From contig NC_058368.1 in assembly GCF_018350175.1 (NCBI RefSeq), positions 98,892,001-98,956,000 on the forward strand: a stretch of 64,000 nt of DNA, written 5' to 3'. Made by a program: the position numbers and the translations under genes. The notes beneath the pieces were generated by a model. It ran no database searches. It saw only the letters and a list, made by a program, of their open reading frames with translations, and was not told where the DNA came from. How positions within the stretch are numbered: position 1 is the stretch's first letter; each line of letters starts with the position of its first letter. Shown piece after piece: positions 37,510 to 49,280 of this stretch. This stretch comes from Felis catus. Lineage: Eukaryota.

Positions 37510-38041
37510 TTGCAGCGTCATCTTCGAGGGCATGTGACCCTTGCCATTGCTTAAGACCCTGTCTTCAGAAGTCCTTGCCACCATACCCACACCCTGCTAC
37601 ACTTGGTGTTTAATGCTCTGCAGTCACTGACTTGACATTTTTATCTTTAAATTTGTGTTTTATAAGTGAAGTCCCATGGGCTAATGAGGAATGCATTGGA
37701 GGGCTTGAGGCTTCCCTTCATGCATGGTTCCATATTTGCCACCCAGACGGATGAGCTCCTGGCCACCCATTTCACCTCATATAGGAAGAGATCACTACTG
37801 CCCTCCGTCTCCATGGAGGTCAGCACTGGCAGCTGGGTTTCCAGGTACGAGTTGCAGGGCAGAGCCCCAAGGGGATATACGGGGTATGCACTCAACTTGT
37901 GCCTAAACAAGCCCGGTATTAAATAGTGAATAAAAAAGCAGAGTGACTAGGCAAGAAAGGACAAAGCTTTTTTCCTGCTTTTTGAACAAGTTCCTAAATT
38001 TCATTTTTCACTGGACCTTGTACATTTTGTGGCTAGCCTTG
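37510..38041 (+). mobile_element. MER115/MER91-family hAT-Tip100 element
   Basis: GGGCATGTGACC..TTTAATGCTCTGCAGTCAC..TTTGTGTTTTATAAGTGAAGTCC..GCTTTTTGAACAAG..TTTCATTTTTCACTGG. Confidence 0.75.
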
Positions 38042-38203
38042 GTAACTTGGAACTGATGTTGTTGAATGTTGTCTGATATGCTAGCTCACATGAGAAGGGT
38101 CATTCTCGTGCATAATATTATAAGGTATCAGGTACTTATTTTAGAAAATGACTATCTGGCCTTAAACACTTGAGTATCATCTCTCTAAACTATTGCTCTG
38201 TTA

Positions 38204-38429
38204 GGGGCATCTGGGTGGCTCAGTCTGTTAAGTGTCCGACTTTGTCTCAGGTCATGATCTCGCAGTCTGTGGGTTTGAGCCCCTCCTCAGGCTTTGTGCT
38301 GACAGCTTGGAGCCTGGAGCCTGCTTCAGATTCTGTGTCTCCGTCTCTCTTTGACCGTCCCCCAGTCATGCTCTGTCTCTGTCTCTCTCTCTCTCAGAAT
38401 AAATAACATTAAAAAAAATAAGAAGAAAA
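38204..38429 (+). mobile_element. Can-SINE (SINEC_Fc)
   Basis: Full SINE; TSD TAAACT(A/G)TTGCTCTGTTA. Confidence 0.96.
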
Positions 38430-39903
38430 TAAACTGTTGCTCTGTTAGACACATTACACTTACTAAATATCCTCTCTACAGCGTGTGCTACTTACAAGTT
38501 TGTTCAGTGTATGTTTCGCTCATGAATGTACAGATTCCTTGGGCAGTACCTGCCCTGCCACTGGGCTCAGGAAAGCAAGGCAGCTATCAGAGGGTCTCAC
38601 ATTTTAGAAAACGTCATAGATAATTCATTTCAAGACATGAGGTGTGTCAATTGAGAAAGCACTGGTAGAATGAGCAGTGTCCTTTTCCTCATGTTAAAAT
38701 AATTATTTTCAAGGTGATTTTCTCATCATTCATAATTTGTGAAGCATGAAATGAAATGTTTTCCTGAAGTAGCTTAATATTTAATAGAACTTAAAGATTC
38801 CAATGAAGTGCCTCCACAATTGGCTTTTTCCTAATTTGATCATACGCATTACATTCTATATGTATCAGTAGAAGAACTAAAACAAATTTTGTAGAACTTG
38901 GAACCAATACATGGGCATATAAAATATACTGAATGGGTGAAAGGAAATAGCCCATGATGTTTTAAAAATGATCCTAAGTCTTTTTATCTGACTACCTAGG
39001 TGGCTTCACCTACATTTTTCTTTTCAAACTGGTAATGTATTACCTCCCTATCTTTTAAGAACCAGCTTAAATATAATTTTTATCATTGAAAGCTCTTTGA
39101 AATGTTTTTCTTCACATCTCAAGGAAACCCTGCCCAACTTCTTCCATGATAGAATTTTATTTATTGTTGTTAATTCCTTCTTTCTGAAGGAATGATAGTA
39201 CCTTTCCTACTCAAAATTCCCTCTTGCATCAGACTTCCTGGCTGCAGGTCGGAAGTATCAGGGACAAGATTCAGAGGGGTCTCCGGTGTTACTAACATCT
39301 AAAAGTTCGATAACAATTTCAAGCAATGCACAATCTTTCCCTGTACCGCCTTCCTGACCACCCTTAGTCCTCAACATGTCTCAGAATAGGAAGCCAATAA
39401 CATTTTGATGTATTCATCACTAACAAAGAACCTCTGTATGTATAACACCCACTCTTAGTAGTTGTGGGCTCAACTGGACAATCAATCTCACATGACCCCA
39501 AAAGGCCACACTTGACCATGGTTTGATTAGAAGGATACAAAGCATGACAGTGGGGCAGTATCCAGTGATTCTCTAACGTGAGGGTTTTCCCACAGGTGTT
39601 GAGGGTACACATCTTTCTCTAACCATGCAGAGTGACAGCTCAGGTGGGAGAGTTTGAGATCATGGGTAGGTGTGAGATCTACCCTAACACTCACCATGCC
39701 CACAATAGTAATCAACATCTGTTATAACAGCCCGAAACAAAGAAAATGACCAGTTACAAGTGTGCACCCCAGTCAAGAAATCCCAAGAGGTTATTTATAG
39801 TCATTCACAGTCCCCCCAGACCAGATGCAGTTTACAATTCAGAATTTATTTTTATTAGAAGCAATGTTGCCTAGTAATACAGCTGACATTCTACCAGTAT
39901 CAG

Positions 39904-39917
39904 GTTTCTATGGAAAC
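39904..39917. promoter_or_regulatory. RFX X-box-like motif GTTTCTATGGAAAC
   Basis: Near-palindromic match to GTTNCCATGGNAAC; function untested. Confidence 0.4.
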
Positions 39918-40266
39918 AGAGCTAGGAAGTTAACTCAGTGTCATTTTTCTTTTCAAAGAAGGAGAGAAATGTTTTGCTATCCCTTTATTCACATTAGGAA
40001 ACATAAATATTTGGGGATTTTGATTACCAAACAAGGCTTTCTTCAAATAAATGCAAAAAAAATGCAAAAAAAATTCAAAATGACAGCTATACATTTAACT
40101 CAAAATACTGTAAAAAGAATTACAAAATCTTAAAATAGACAAGGACAACTAATAAAGATAACAAGCAAATTAATTTAGAAAAATGATCAAACAAAAAAAG
40201 GAAAGTTTGATTTTCAAAATTATTTTTTTGAAGAATGTCAAAATAGATCCCCCCCCCGCCCCCCCA

Positions 40267-40851
40267 TATATTTAAGTCCTTAGGGCTGGTATAACAAAAA
40301 TAATATAGATTGGGTGGCTTAAACAACAAATATTTATTTCTCAGTTTTGGAGCCTGGAAAATGCAAGATCAAGGCTCTGGCTGATTCGGTGTTTTTGGTG
40401 CCGCTTCAAGTTTCTAGAGAGCCTTCTTGTATTTTTTAATGGCAGAAAGGGAGAAAGGAGCACCTGGGTGGCTCAGTTGGTTAAGCGTCCTACTTCAGCT
40501 CAGGTCATGATCTCCTGGTTGGTAGGATGGAGCCCCGCGTCGGACTCTGTTGATAGCTCTGAGCCTGGAGCCTGTTTCAGATTCTGTGTCTCCCTCTCTC
40601 TGCCCCTCCCCTGTTAATGCTCTGTCTCTCTCTCTCTCTCTTAAAGATGAATAAACAGTAACAAAAAAAAATTAAAAAAAAAAAGGGTGAAAGAGCTCTC
40701 AGGCCTTTCTTTTATAAGGGCACAAATCCCATTCGTCAGGTTCTGCTGTCATGACCTATTCACCTCCTGAAGGCTCCACCTGCAACTACTGTCACATTGG
40801 AAATTAGGTTTCAACATATGAATTCGGGAGGGACACATTCAGTCTGTAGCA
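40267..40851 (-). mobile_element. MaLR LTR (MLT1A/A0-like) split by a SINE
   Basis: AGATTGGGTGGCTTAAACAACAAATATTTATTTCTCAG..TTTTATAAGGGCACAAATCCCATTC..TTAGGTTTCAACATATGAATT..ACATTCAGTCTGTAGCA. Confidence 0.88.
40457..40684 (+). mobile_element. Can-SINE (SINEC_Fc) inside MLT1A
   Basis: Full SINE; TSD AAAGGG(A/T)GAAAG. Confidence 0.95.
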
Positions 40852-41012
40852 CCATCGAAGATTAAGAAGAAAAAAAATAGAGAAGAAACAAATGAGTGAC
40901 TTTAGGAATCAGCAAGAAGAACATTTAAAAGGCTTCTGTTTAAGTGTGGATAAAATAGTTAAATTTATTTCAAAAAATGTAAATAACCTAATTTGCTTCA
41001 AGAAACATTTAA

Positions 41013-41204
41013 GAGGTGCCTGGGTGGCTCATTCTGTGACTTCGGCTCAGGTCATGATCTCACCGTTCATGGGTTCGAGCCCTACATCGGGCTCTGTGCT
41101 GACAGCTCAGAGCTTGGAGACTGCTTCAGATTCGATGTTTCCCCCTCTTTGCTCCTCCTCTGCTCACACTCTGTCTCTCTCAAAAATAAGTAAACATTAA
41201 AAAA
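41013..41204 (+). mobile_element. Can-SINE (SINEC_Fc)
   Basis: Full SINE with small deletions; TSD AAACATTTAA. Confidence 0.94.
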
Positions 41205-41535
41205 CCCCAAAAACATTTAAATAAACAATACCAAAAGAAGGTGAAAAGTAGTCAAAACTTTCACACTAAAAACTAAGGCATCATACTGAAATGATTCTAT
41301 GAGCCTTTGCTTACCACTGTCACTGTTCAACATTGTACTGGAGATACTAAACAATGAAATAAGACAAAGGTAAAAACCACATACAATCTAAATTTTGAAA
41401 AGGAAAGATGAAAGTATCAATATTTATAGACAATATGATTACTTATCTAGGTAATCCAAGAGAATACACAAAAGCCTGTTAAAACCAATAAGAAAGTGGC
41501 ATAAACTCGCTACATATAAGAATATATTTTTTAAT

Positions 41536-41746
41536 GGGGCGCCTGGGTGGCTCAGTCGGTTAAGCGGCCGACTTCAGCTCAGGTCATGATCTCGCGGTCA
41601 GTGAGTTCAAGCCCCGCGACAGGCTCTGTGCTGACAGCTCAGAGCCTGGAGCCTGTTTCAGATTCTGTGTCTCCCTCTCTCTGACCCTCCCCCATTCATG
41701 CTCTGTCTCTCTCTGTCTCAAAAATAAATAAACGTTAAAAAAAAAA
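41536..41746 (+). mobile_element. Young Can-SINE (SINEC_Fc, CpG-intact)
   Basis: GGGGCGCCTGGGTGGCTCAGTCGGTTAAGCGGCCG; identical 17-bp TSD AAGAATATATTTTTTAA. Confidence 0.97.
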
Positions 41747-41769
41747 AAGAATATATTTTTTAAGTTCAT

Positions 41770-41896
41770 TTTTTAATTTTGAGAGTAGGGTATTTATTTA
41801 TTTATTATATGAGTAGGGTAGAGTCAGAGAGAAAAGGAGAAAGAGAGAAAGAGAGAGAATTCCAATCAGTCTCCGACTGAGCCACGCAGATGCCCT
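41770..41896 (-). mobile_element. Internally deleted Can-SINE remnant
   Basis: (GA)n GAATTCCAA joined to CGACTGAGCCACGCAGATGCCC. Confidence 0.7.
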
Positions 41897-42432
41897 GATA
41901 TGAGAATATTTTAAAATTCAATATATACCTAGTAATAAAGACATGCAAAATAGAATTTAAAAACTTTTTCATCCAAATAATAATGGAACCTCCGGGAAGA
42001 GATCTAACAAGAGACATGAAAGGTATCTATGAAGAAAATGATAAAACTATTGAGAGACCTAAAATGAAGGTCTAAATAAATGTGACAGGCGGCCGCATTT
42101 TTGATATGATTACTTAATATTGTACAGGTACCACTTCTGTCCCAATTATTCTAGAAATTCAGTGTTATCCCACAGAATATGTACCTTCTGCTAAAATAGA
42201 AAACCTGAATCTGAAACGTATACTGGAGAGGAAGTGAATTTCTAGCTTCCAGAAATACACCACACATAACCATGTGGAGATGTGAATTGTTACATGATAA
42301 GAATAGCGTATCAAAGAGCAGTGAAATATGGGTAATTTAATACTTGCGCTTAAAACATTTGGCAATCCATTTGGAGAAATAAAAGGTCAGATTGGGAAGT
42401 AATTTCATAACAAATTGCATAGGTAGATTCAA

Positions 42433-42593
42433 CCAGAATTGACAAACCTTTTCTTTAAAGGACCAGATAGTAAATATTTTAGTCTATGTAAGCCATACTA
42501 TTTGTCATAAATACTCATGTCTGTACTTGCAGCACCAAAGGGATGGTTTGGAGAATAGTGAATTTGGCTCACAGGTGGTAATGCTGACCTTGA
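42433..42593 (+). mobile_element. MER58A-like hAT-Charlie MITE
   Basis: TTGACAAACCTTTTCTTTAAAGGACCAGATAGTAAATATTTTAG..GAATTTGGCTCACAGG. Confidence 0.75.
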
Positions 42594-43394
42594 TTTAATC
42601 TCACCAGAGCCAGAATTTCCTCACGTGGGAATATCCGTTTCACAGCTTAATATAACAATTGAATAAAATGTGAAATATTTAATTGTGTATCCTCAGGCTT
42701 GGCATAATGCCTGAGTTATAGTAGGTTTTCCACACATTTCCATTTAAATGAATGAAGTGAATGTCTTGCTGCTATTAGTTTGAGGGGAAAAAAAAGAGAT
42801 TTTCTTGAAAATGCCTTTGATTTATTCATAGTTTCTACTTCTGAAAATGCAGCAGACACATGACACATTGTCGCATAGTTAAAATATTTTAAATTATACA
42901 TTTAATGAAATATATATTTATAGGTATGTATTCATTTTATTAAGCATATATTTTACAACAATATGTAATCAATATATACAGATTTTGTATTTATATTTAA
43001 TAAATATAAAATACAAAAATAAAATTATAAAAATTCCATCAGGGTCCAAATAAATATAGGATTACAAGACCCTTCTGTTTGTACAAACTTTTTGTAATTT
43101 TTTTAGCGTTTCCTTAACTTTGTGTGCTGTCTTTGACATTTAAAATCAGGCTGCTCTTACTGCATTGGCATGCTTTCAGTCACTTAAAGTGCCACTTATA
43201 TAAATTAATTAACTTGACATCTAATGACTTAAAGCCTAAAAATTATCTACTACCATTCATATTTTGTACATCACATTTGTTTCTGGAAAAATTTATAAAA
43301 ATAAAAAAAAAATGACCCTTGAAGAGAGTGAAATCGTTGACCTATTCCATCCAAAAAGTGAAGAAAATTTTAATTTTAAACAAAGCCTTTTTGA

Positions 43395-43615
43395 TTTTTT
43401 TAAATGATTTTATTTTTGAAAGAGAGAGACAGAGAGAGAGAGAGAGAGAAAGCACAAGCAAGGGGTGGGCAGAGAGAGGGAGACAGAGTCTAAAGCAGGC
43501 TTCAGACTCTGAGCTGTCAGCACACAGCCTTACCCGGGGCTGGAACCCACAAACTGTGAGATCATGACCTGAGCCAAAGTGGGACACTTAATAGACCGAG
43601 CCACCGCGATGTCCC
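43395..43615 (-). mobile_element. Can-SINE (SINEC_Fc)
   Basis: Antisense SINE with degenerate TSD. Confidence 0.94.
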
Positions 43616-44527
43616 TTAAGCAAGGCTTTTTTGGACAGAATGAAGCAATTAATCCACTGATCTGAAGATTGGGTCACAAAGCGTTTCCATGAATGCTTCA
43701 AATCATTGTTGGGTATATAAGATCTTGGTGTATGTGATTTATGTTTCCTTATCTCAACGTTGAGTACATTTATTTAATGTGTACGATCGTGACGATGAAT
43801 GTTGTGTCTGCGTATTTGAAGCAAACATACAAAAAAGGGCATATGGAGGTTTGAAAATATATTTTAAAAAATAATAATTGAAGTTCATGAAATTTTTCAA
43901 TTTGCAAATTATACATGAAAAATTATTTGGGGCTTTTGTTTTGTAGGGAAGAAAATATTTGAGCCTGAAGTTAAGAGATTGAATGTGATATCTGATACCG
44001 TTATTTCCAGGGAGAGGCCTGGAAAACTAACAAATCTTCAGAACTCAGTACGATTTCAATGCATTCCACTAATACCCAATCTTAGAATTCAATCAGCGGA
44101 CATAGACATCTGCTGTTAGAAGATTTTAGTCTCTGCTTTTAATGTATGGTCACTGAGGACTGAGCTGAATGTCTGCTTCCATTAGATACCTACAAAAATT
44201 GGTGGGACAGGAAAAGCTTCATAAATAATGTTGGCTCTTATCTTAAATAGATGGAAATTGAATGCAAGTGTCTCTTAATTTAATTAAAAAGGAATGGGTT
44301 CTTTTGTCCTCTTCAATTTGCCACTAAGGAAGCATCTGCAACTGGGATTATTAGTTATTGCTTTCAGCTGATGGTTTTGCCATTCCTTTGCTGTAAGCAT
44401 CTGCCCTCTGTATGCTCGCTCTGCCTTCCATCGTATTCTCCACGCTTCCTCTGGCCACTCTCCTCATCAGACTTCTTCAGTAGTTCCCGTTACCCTTGGG
44501 ATAAAACTCTAAAATTTAAAAAAAAAA

Positions 44528-44726
44528 TTTTTTTTTAATGTTTATTTATTTTTGAGAGAGACAGAGTGTGAGCAGGGGAATGGCAGAGAGAGAGGGAGAC
44601 ACAGAATCCAAAGCAGGCTCCAGGCTGGGAGCACAGAGCCCAATGTGGGGCCTGAACTCACAGACCGTGAGATCATGACCTGAGCCGAAGTCGGACGCTT
44701 AACCGACTGAGCCACCCAGGTGCCCC
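44528..44726 (-). mobile_element. Can-SINE (SINEC_Fc)
   Basis: Antisense SINE inside L2-like sequence. Confidence 0.95.
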
Positions 44727-45930
44727 TGAAAATTTTTTTTACGTAGTATGAAAGGACACCTTGGCCCCTGAAAGCTTCTCCAGAAAAAAACTATATTTTC
44801 TCCTCTCAATTGTATGCTACACGGTATTAAAGGCACCACTGCTCTCCTTTACTTTTGTCCACCTGTTTCTGTTGGAAATTCCTTATATCATAACTAACAG
44901 CAACGTGTCACTTTTGCAAATTTCAAACGATTCCTTAAGTCTCAATTCATGTGTCATCTTCTGTAAGCTTCTAGTCCTATGCTCCTTCTTTATTTGATAC
45001 ACTATGGCACAAATCTGCTTTTGCCATGAATTTTTGTGTGTCTCCTTACCTTCTGGGTACTCATATCCCATTAGTACATCTAGAGCAGTATCTGGTATAT
45101 GGTGGGTAGGGAATACATTGTTTTGAATGAATGATTGTTCTACCAGTTTTAATAAGCTTTAAAAAATAATGATGTGGAGCGATAAAGACTCCTATATCAG
45201 AGATCCATGAAAATATAACTGGCATATTTAATTATCTTTGCCCTAAGTACATGAATTGTGTTTCTGTATGCTTGTAGAAAGTCACTTTTGTATGGTCTTA
45301 CTTAATAGTAAAACCCAAATTTTCATTATTATATTACTATTGCTGATACATTAGTAACAGCTCTAACGTCAATTTCCTTTACAGGCATGGAGGCTTATGT
45401 TTCTAGAACATACAAAAATAACATAAATAGGCAGGTGCAAATCATGCTGTTAGATTAAGGGTAGCTTAAGCCAGTTTGTTCCAGCCCTCTGAATTCCTCT
45501 ATATTGATATACTCTTGCACTGTAAGCAACTCTGTCTTCCACTACTTCTGTGTTGTTCATACAACATCTTTAGTGATGAGCCAGAGCTACCCCCCAACAC
45601 ACATTGATTAATCGTGTATGGTGATTTTTCTAGTTTTCATCTTGGAAATGAGAGAGGATCATTACTTTATTTCATTTTCATAGTTGAAGTTATTTAGTAC
45701 TAGGACTTTGCTGTGGCAGGTGAGAATAAAAAAAATGAAGAAGAATTATGATTAACCTACTAGAACAGTAATGACTGAATTTGTCACAAAAGGATTAAAT
45801 TATTTATTCTGTTTGTGTGTATGTTTGTGGCTCTGTATTGGAGAAAGCATCATGAGTTTGGAGTTCACCTACCCTCCTCCCTCATGAGGGAGTTAAAGCA
45901 AGAGGTTCTCAGGCTAAAAAAATATAGTTA

Positions 45931-46138
45931 GGGGTGCCTAGGTGGCTCAGTTTGTCAGGTGCCTGAACCGAATCTTGATTTCAGCTCAGGTCTTGATCTT
46001 GTGGTTCATCAGATTGAGCCCCAAGTCAGGCTCTGCATTGATAGGGCGGAGCCTGCTTGGGATTCTCTCTCTCCCTCTCTCTGCCCGTCCCATACTCATG
46101 CATATGCTCTCTTACTCTATAAAAACAAACTTTTAAAA
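45931..46138 (+). mobile_element. Can-SINE (older subtype)
   Basis: Head, TCTTGATTTCAGCTCAGG, GGAGCCTGCTTGGGATTCTC. Confidence 0.92.
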
Positions 46139-46702
46139 TGTATACTTAAAGTCATTACTGTCTCTGACTTTTAAAGTAATTTATTAATCAATTGATTATT
46201 GTATCAGGTTTATTTTAATAACTTTCTCGACCTATTATAGTAAGTCATTGCATAAATATTCTCTATTACATCGTAACTTAAAGAGCAGACCATAGACGCT
46301 CTCTCATTAAGTGATGTTGGATAGTGGATGGGCAGGGTGAGAGCTACAGCTACATTTCTTTTTGTTTTTTAAAAAAATATGTTCATTAATTACAAATATG
46401 AATATAAATTATTTTAAGGTGCTAGTTTAAAAAGTATTGTAGATATTCATGAAGTAAAAAAAAAAGACTAGCTCTTTGAATGCTCTGTTGCATCAGGAAA
46501 AGGATATTATTTTGACAATTTGTTAATATACTGAGACTATACAGACGGCAATGAAAGATTATCTTAAAGTGATTGCTTGATAAAATATTTTTTGAGGGTG
46601 GTATATATAAAAAGTTTATAGTCTAAAAATTTATGAAACATCCTGAGAACTTGGTACATTCACAAGTGGACAAATTTATCTGAAGTTTAAAAAAAAATGC
46701 TA

Positions 46703-46931
46703 GGGCACCTGGATGGCTTGGTTGGTTAAGCATCCGACTTTGGCTCAGGTTATGATCTCACAGTTTGTGCGTTTGAGCCCCGTGTGGGACTCTGTGCTCA
46801 CAGCTCAGAGCCTGAAGCCCGCTTCGGATTCTGTGTCTCTCCCTGACCCTGCCTGGCTCCTGCTCTGTTTCTGTCTGTCTCTCACAAAATAATAAATAAA
46901 TGTTAAAAAAAATAAATAAATAAAATAAAAA
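46703..46931 (+). mobile_element. Can-SINE (SINEC_Fc)
   Basis: Full SINE with (TAAA)n tail. Confidence 0.94.
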
Positions 46932-49054
46932 CTGCCAGAAATAAGATCTTTTCATTGAAAGATAAGCATGCTACCACTAAATTTTGACAACTAATTTTTC
47001 ATACGTTTTTATATATGAAATATAAATGGGATATGTGTTTAAAATATGCGTAGACACTTAAAATCCTCGATAAATCAAATAATTTTAAATTACGCATCCC
47101 ATTAACAAACAATTGGCTCATTAATAAGTGTAATGTGTTTTTGTTAAACTGTTTTTACTAGTTAAACTGATCTTTTATGTTTTGTTTTCCTTCCTTTGAC
47201 AGGTCCTTCAGGTTGGAAGGAATATCTTTATTTGGAGGCATGTCAGCTCATTTTTCTCACTTCAGATTCATCAATATGACTTCTTGAGGCCAGAACGAAT
47301 TTTGAAGTAACCAGGAACCTGTCCATCTTAGAGCAGCAAATCCCTCAACTTTGGAGCACAAAAGATCACTGATACGGTCTGCATAAAATCATCTGCCTCA
47401 GTCTGACAGCCATGAGCAGAACCCTGGGGGCAAAAAAAAAAAAAAAAAAAAAAAAGCCACAGCCTTAACTCTTCACTCTGAAATTACCAAGACAATTAAA
47501 AAAAAAAAATAAATAAAAGGAACTAAACAAGCAAGCCAACACCACCACCACCGACAACAAAAAACAAACACAACCCATTTTATTTCACCTTGGAAAAAAT
47601 ATTCCCAGATGTGAGCCTGAAAAAATTTATATTCAGCAATTAAGCTAGAAAATTGTAAGTTGACTTATCACTTGGGAAGGTGAAAGTATAGAGATAGGAG
47701 GTGTCTCTAGCTAGAATTATTTAGCAGTTTAAAACAAGTAGACAAAAACAATGAACAAACAGAGGAGCACATCAGCAAGGAACAGTGTTAGGACAGAATG
47801 TTGCTGTCTGCAGAGAGGATGTCTGCCATCTTGTGTACACCCTCAAAGCCATAATGGAATAAAAGCATTGTCGTTGATTGCTTGAAAAGTTTCTGCATTC
47901 ACTCCTTCACTCCATATTAAGAGAGGGGGGAGGCCAGTTCTTACTGATTACTTCTCAATGCACTTCTAATATTTGCACTGTCACGTCCATTCAGGGTAAT
48001 GATGTGTGCCGTTATTTGCACAGATGGTCCCATGAGTTTTGCGGCCACAAGCGGTTACATGCACGAGTCCAAAAAGGAAACATTTCAAAATTCTCCAGAC
48101 ATTGGTTTCTCTTTCTTCTGTAAAGATCAGTTATCTTATTAAAAAAAAAAAAAACATGGACTTGTATCAGATTAAAAAACTACAGAATAATAATGAAAAA
48201 GCATCAGTGTGGTCAAAGGAATGAAGAAGGGATCAAAAGTTTATTTTTGGTTTTGGTTTTGTTTTTTTAGTGAAGATCATTTTTATCATAAGCAGCCAAG
48301 AAGTCAGATACAGTGAACTACACACTAAACATTTGTGTTGAACATCTATTTGTTCTCTTAATTAAAGAAATCATTTGTAATTTGTATTTGACATATAACA
48401 GTTTTTTATAGCCATTTATCTATGCTTCATGGGAAAATGTACCAAACAGCATTTTCAGTTTATTTTTCTAAATAAATGTGTTGTTTGTATTATTTGTAGT
48501 TGCTTATTCAGTTTGGTTTTCGTTACTTGACAAATAAGTTACTTGTTGTCATATTAATTAAGAACTCACGGAAGACTGAAATTTAAAACATTTGTACGGT
48601 ATCAAATTGTGCTTTCTATTTCCTAAACCCTGAAGAAATGATTTATCTTACACCATGACTTTCTCGTCAAGCGTTATGTTAACATTCTAGTTAGACTAAT
48701 CACCCAGAGTTGGTTTTAATATATGGAAACTGCTGGAAACAAGAAAGTTTACGTATTATATCAGCAAGGATTTTCCCTATGTACTCTTTCTAGAAATCTC
48801 TAGAAGATGAAAATTAGATTTTTTTTAAACCATTATTCATGCCTAAGGAGTTCTCATTAATGCCCTCCCAGAGGTCTGCTGAGAACTTTCACTAGTGCAT
48901 ATAAAAATGACAGACTAGGCAATCGTACTAGAGCAAAAATAAAATTCTGCTTAAGGACTCAGTAAGTACCTTTACAGTGTTCATCCTCATTTGAGGCGTC
49001 ATTGTTTATGATCCTTGTTACCACCAATAAGTAGCACGCAGCTCAAACAAATTA

Positions 49055-49280
49055 TTTTTTTCTTTTTTCTTTTATTAAGGTGTAATTGATATATTAGTTT
49101 CAGGCGTGCAATGTAATAATTCAATATTTGTGTATTATGCTACAAAATAATCACAGCAAGTTCAGTTAACATCCATTACCATGCATAGCTATATTTTTTT
49201 TTCTTGCGGTGAGAACTTTCAAGATCCACTCTGTTAGCTACTTTCAAATATGCAATCCAGTATTATTAACTACAGTTATA
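49055..49280 (-). mobile_element. L1MA9-like 3' end
   Basis: T tail, ATTAGTTTCAGGCGTGCAA, GTTAACATCCATTACC, GTGAGAACTTTCAAGATCCACTCTGTTAGC, GTATTATTAACTACAGT. Confidence 0.85.

Larger units (their letters stand above)
41240..42400 (+). mobile_element. Old L1 (L1M/L1ME) ORF2 fragment, interrupted by SINEs
   Basis: CACTGTTCAACATTGTACTGGAGATACTA..AAATAAGACAAAG..TATTTATAGACAATATGATT..ATCTAACAAGAGACATGAAAGG. Confidence 0.75.

Noticed and set aside
39270..39800. Possible LTR-like segment
   Set aside because: I could not match it to a family or define termini with confidence
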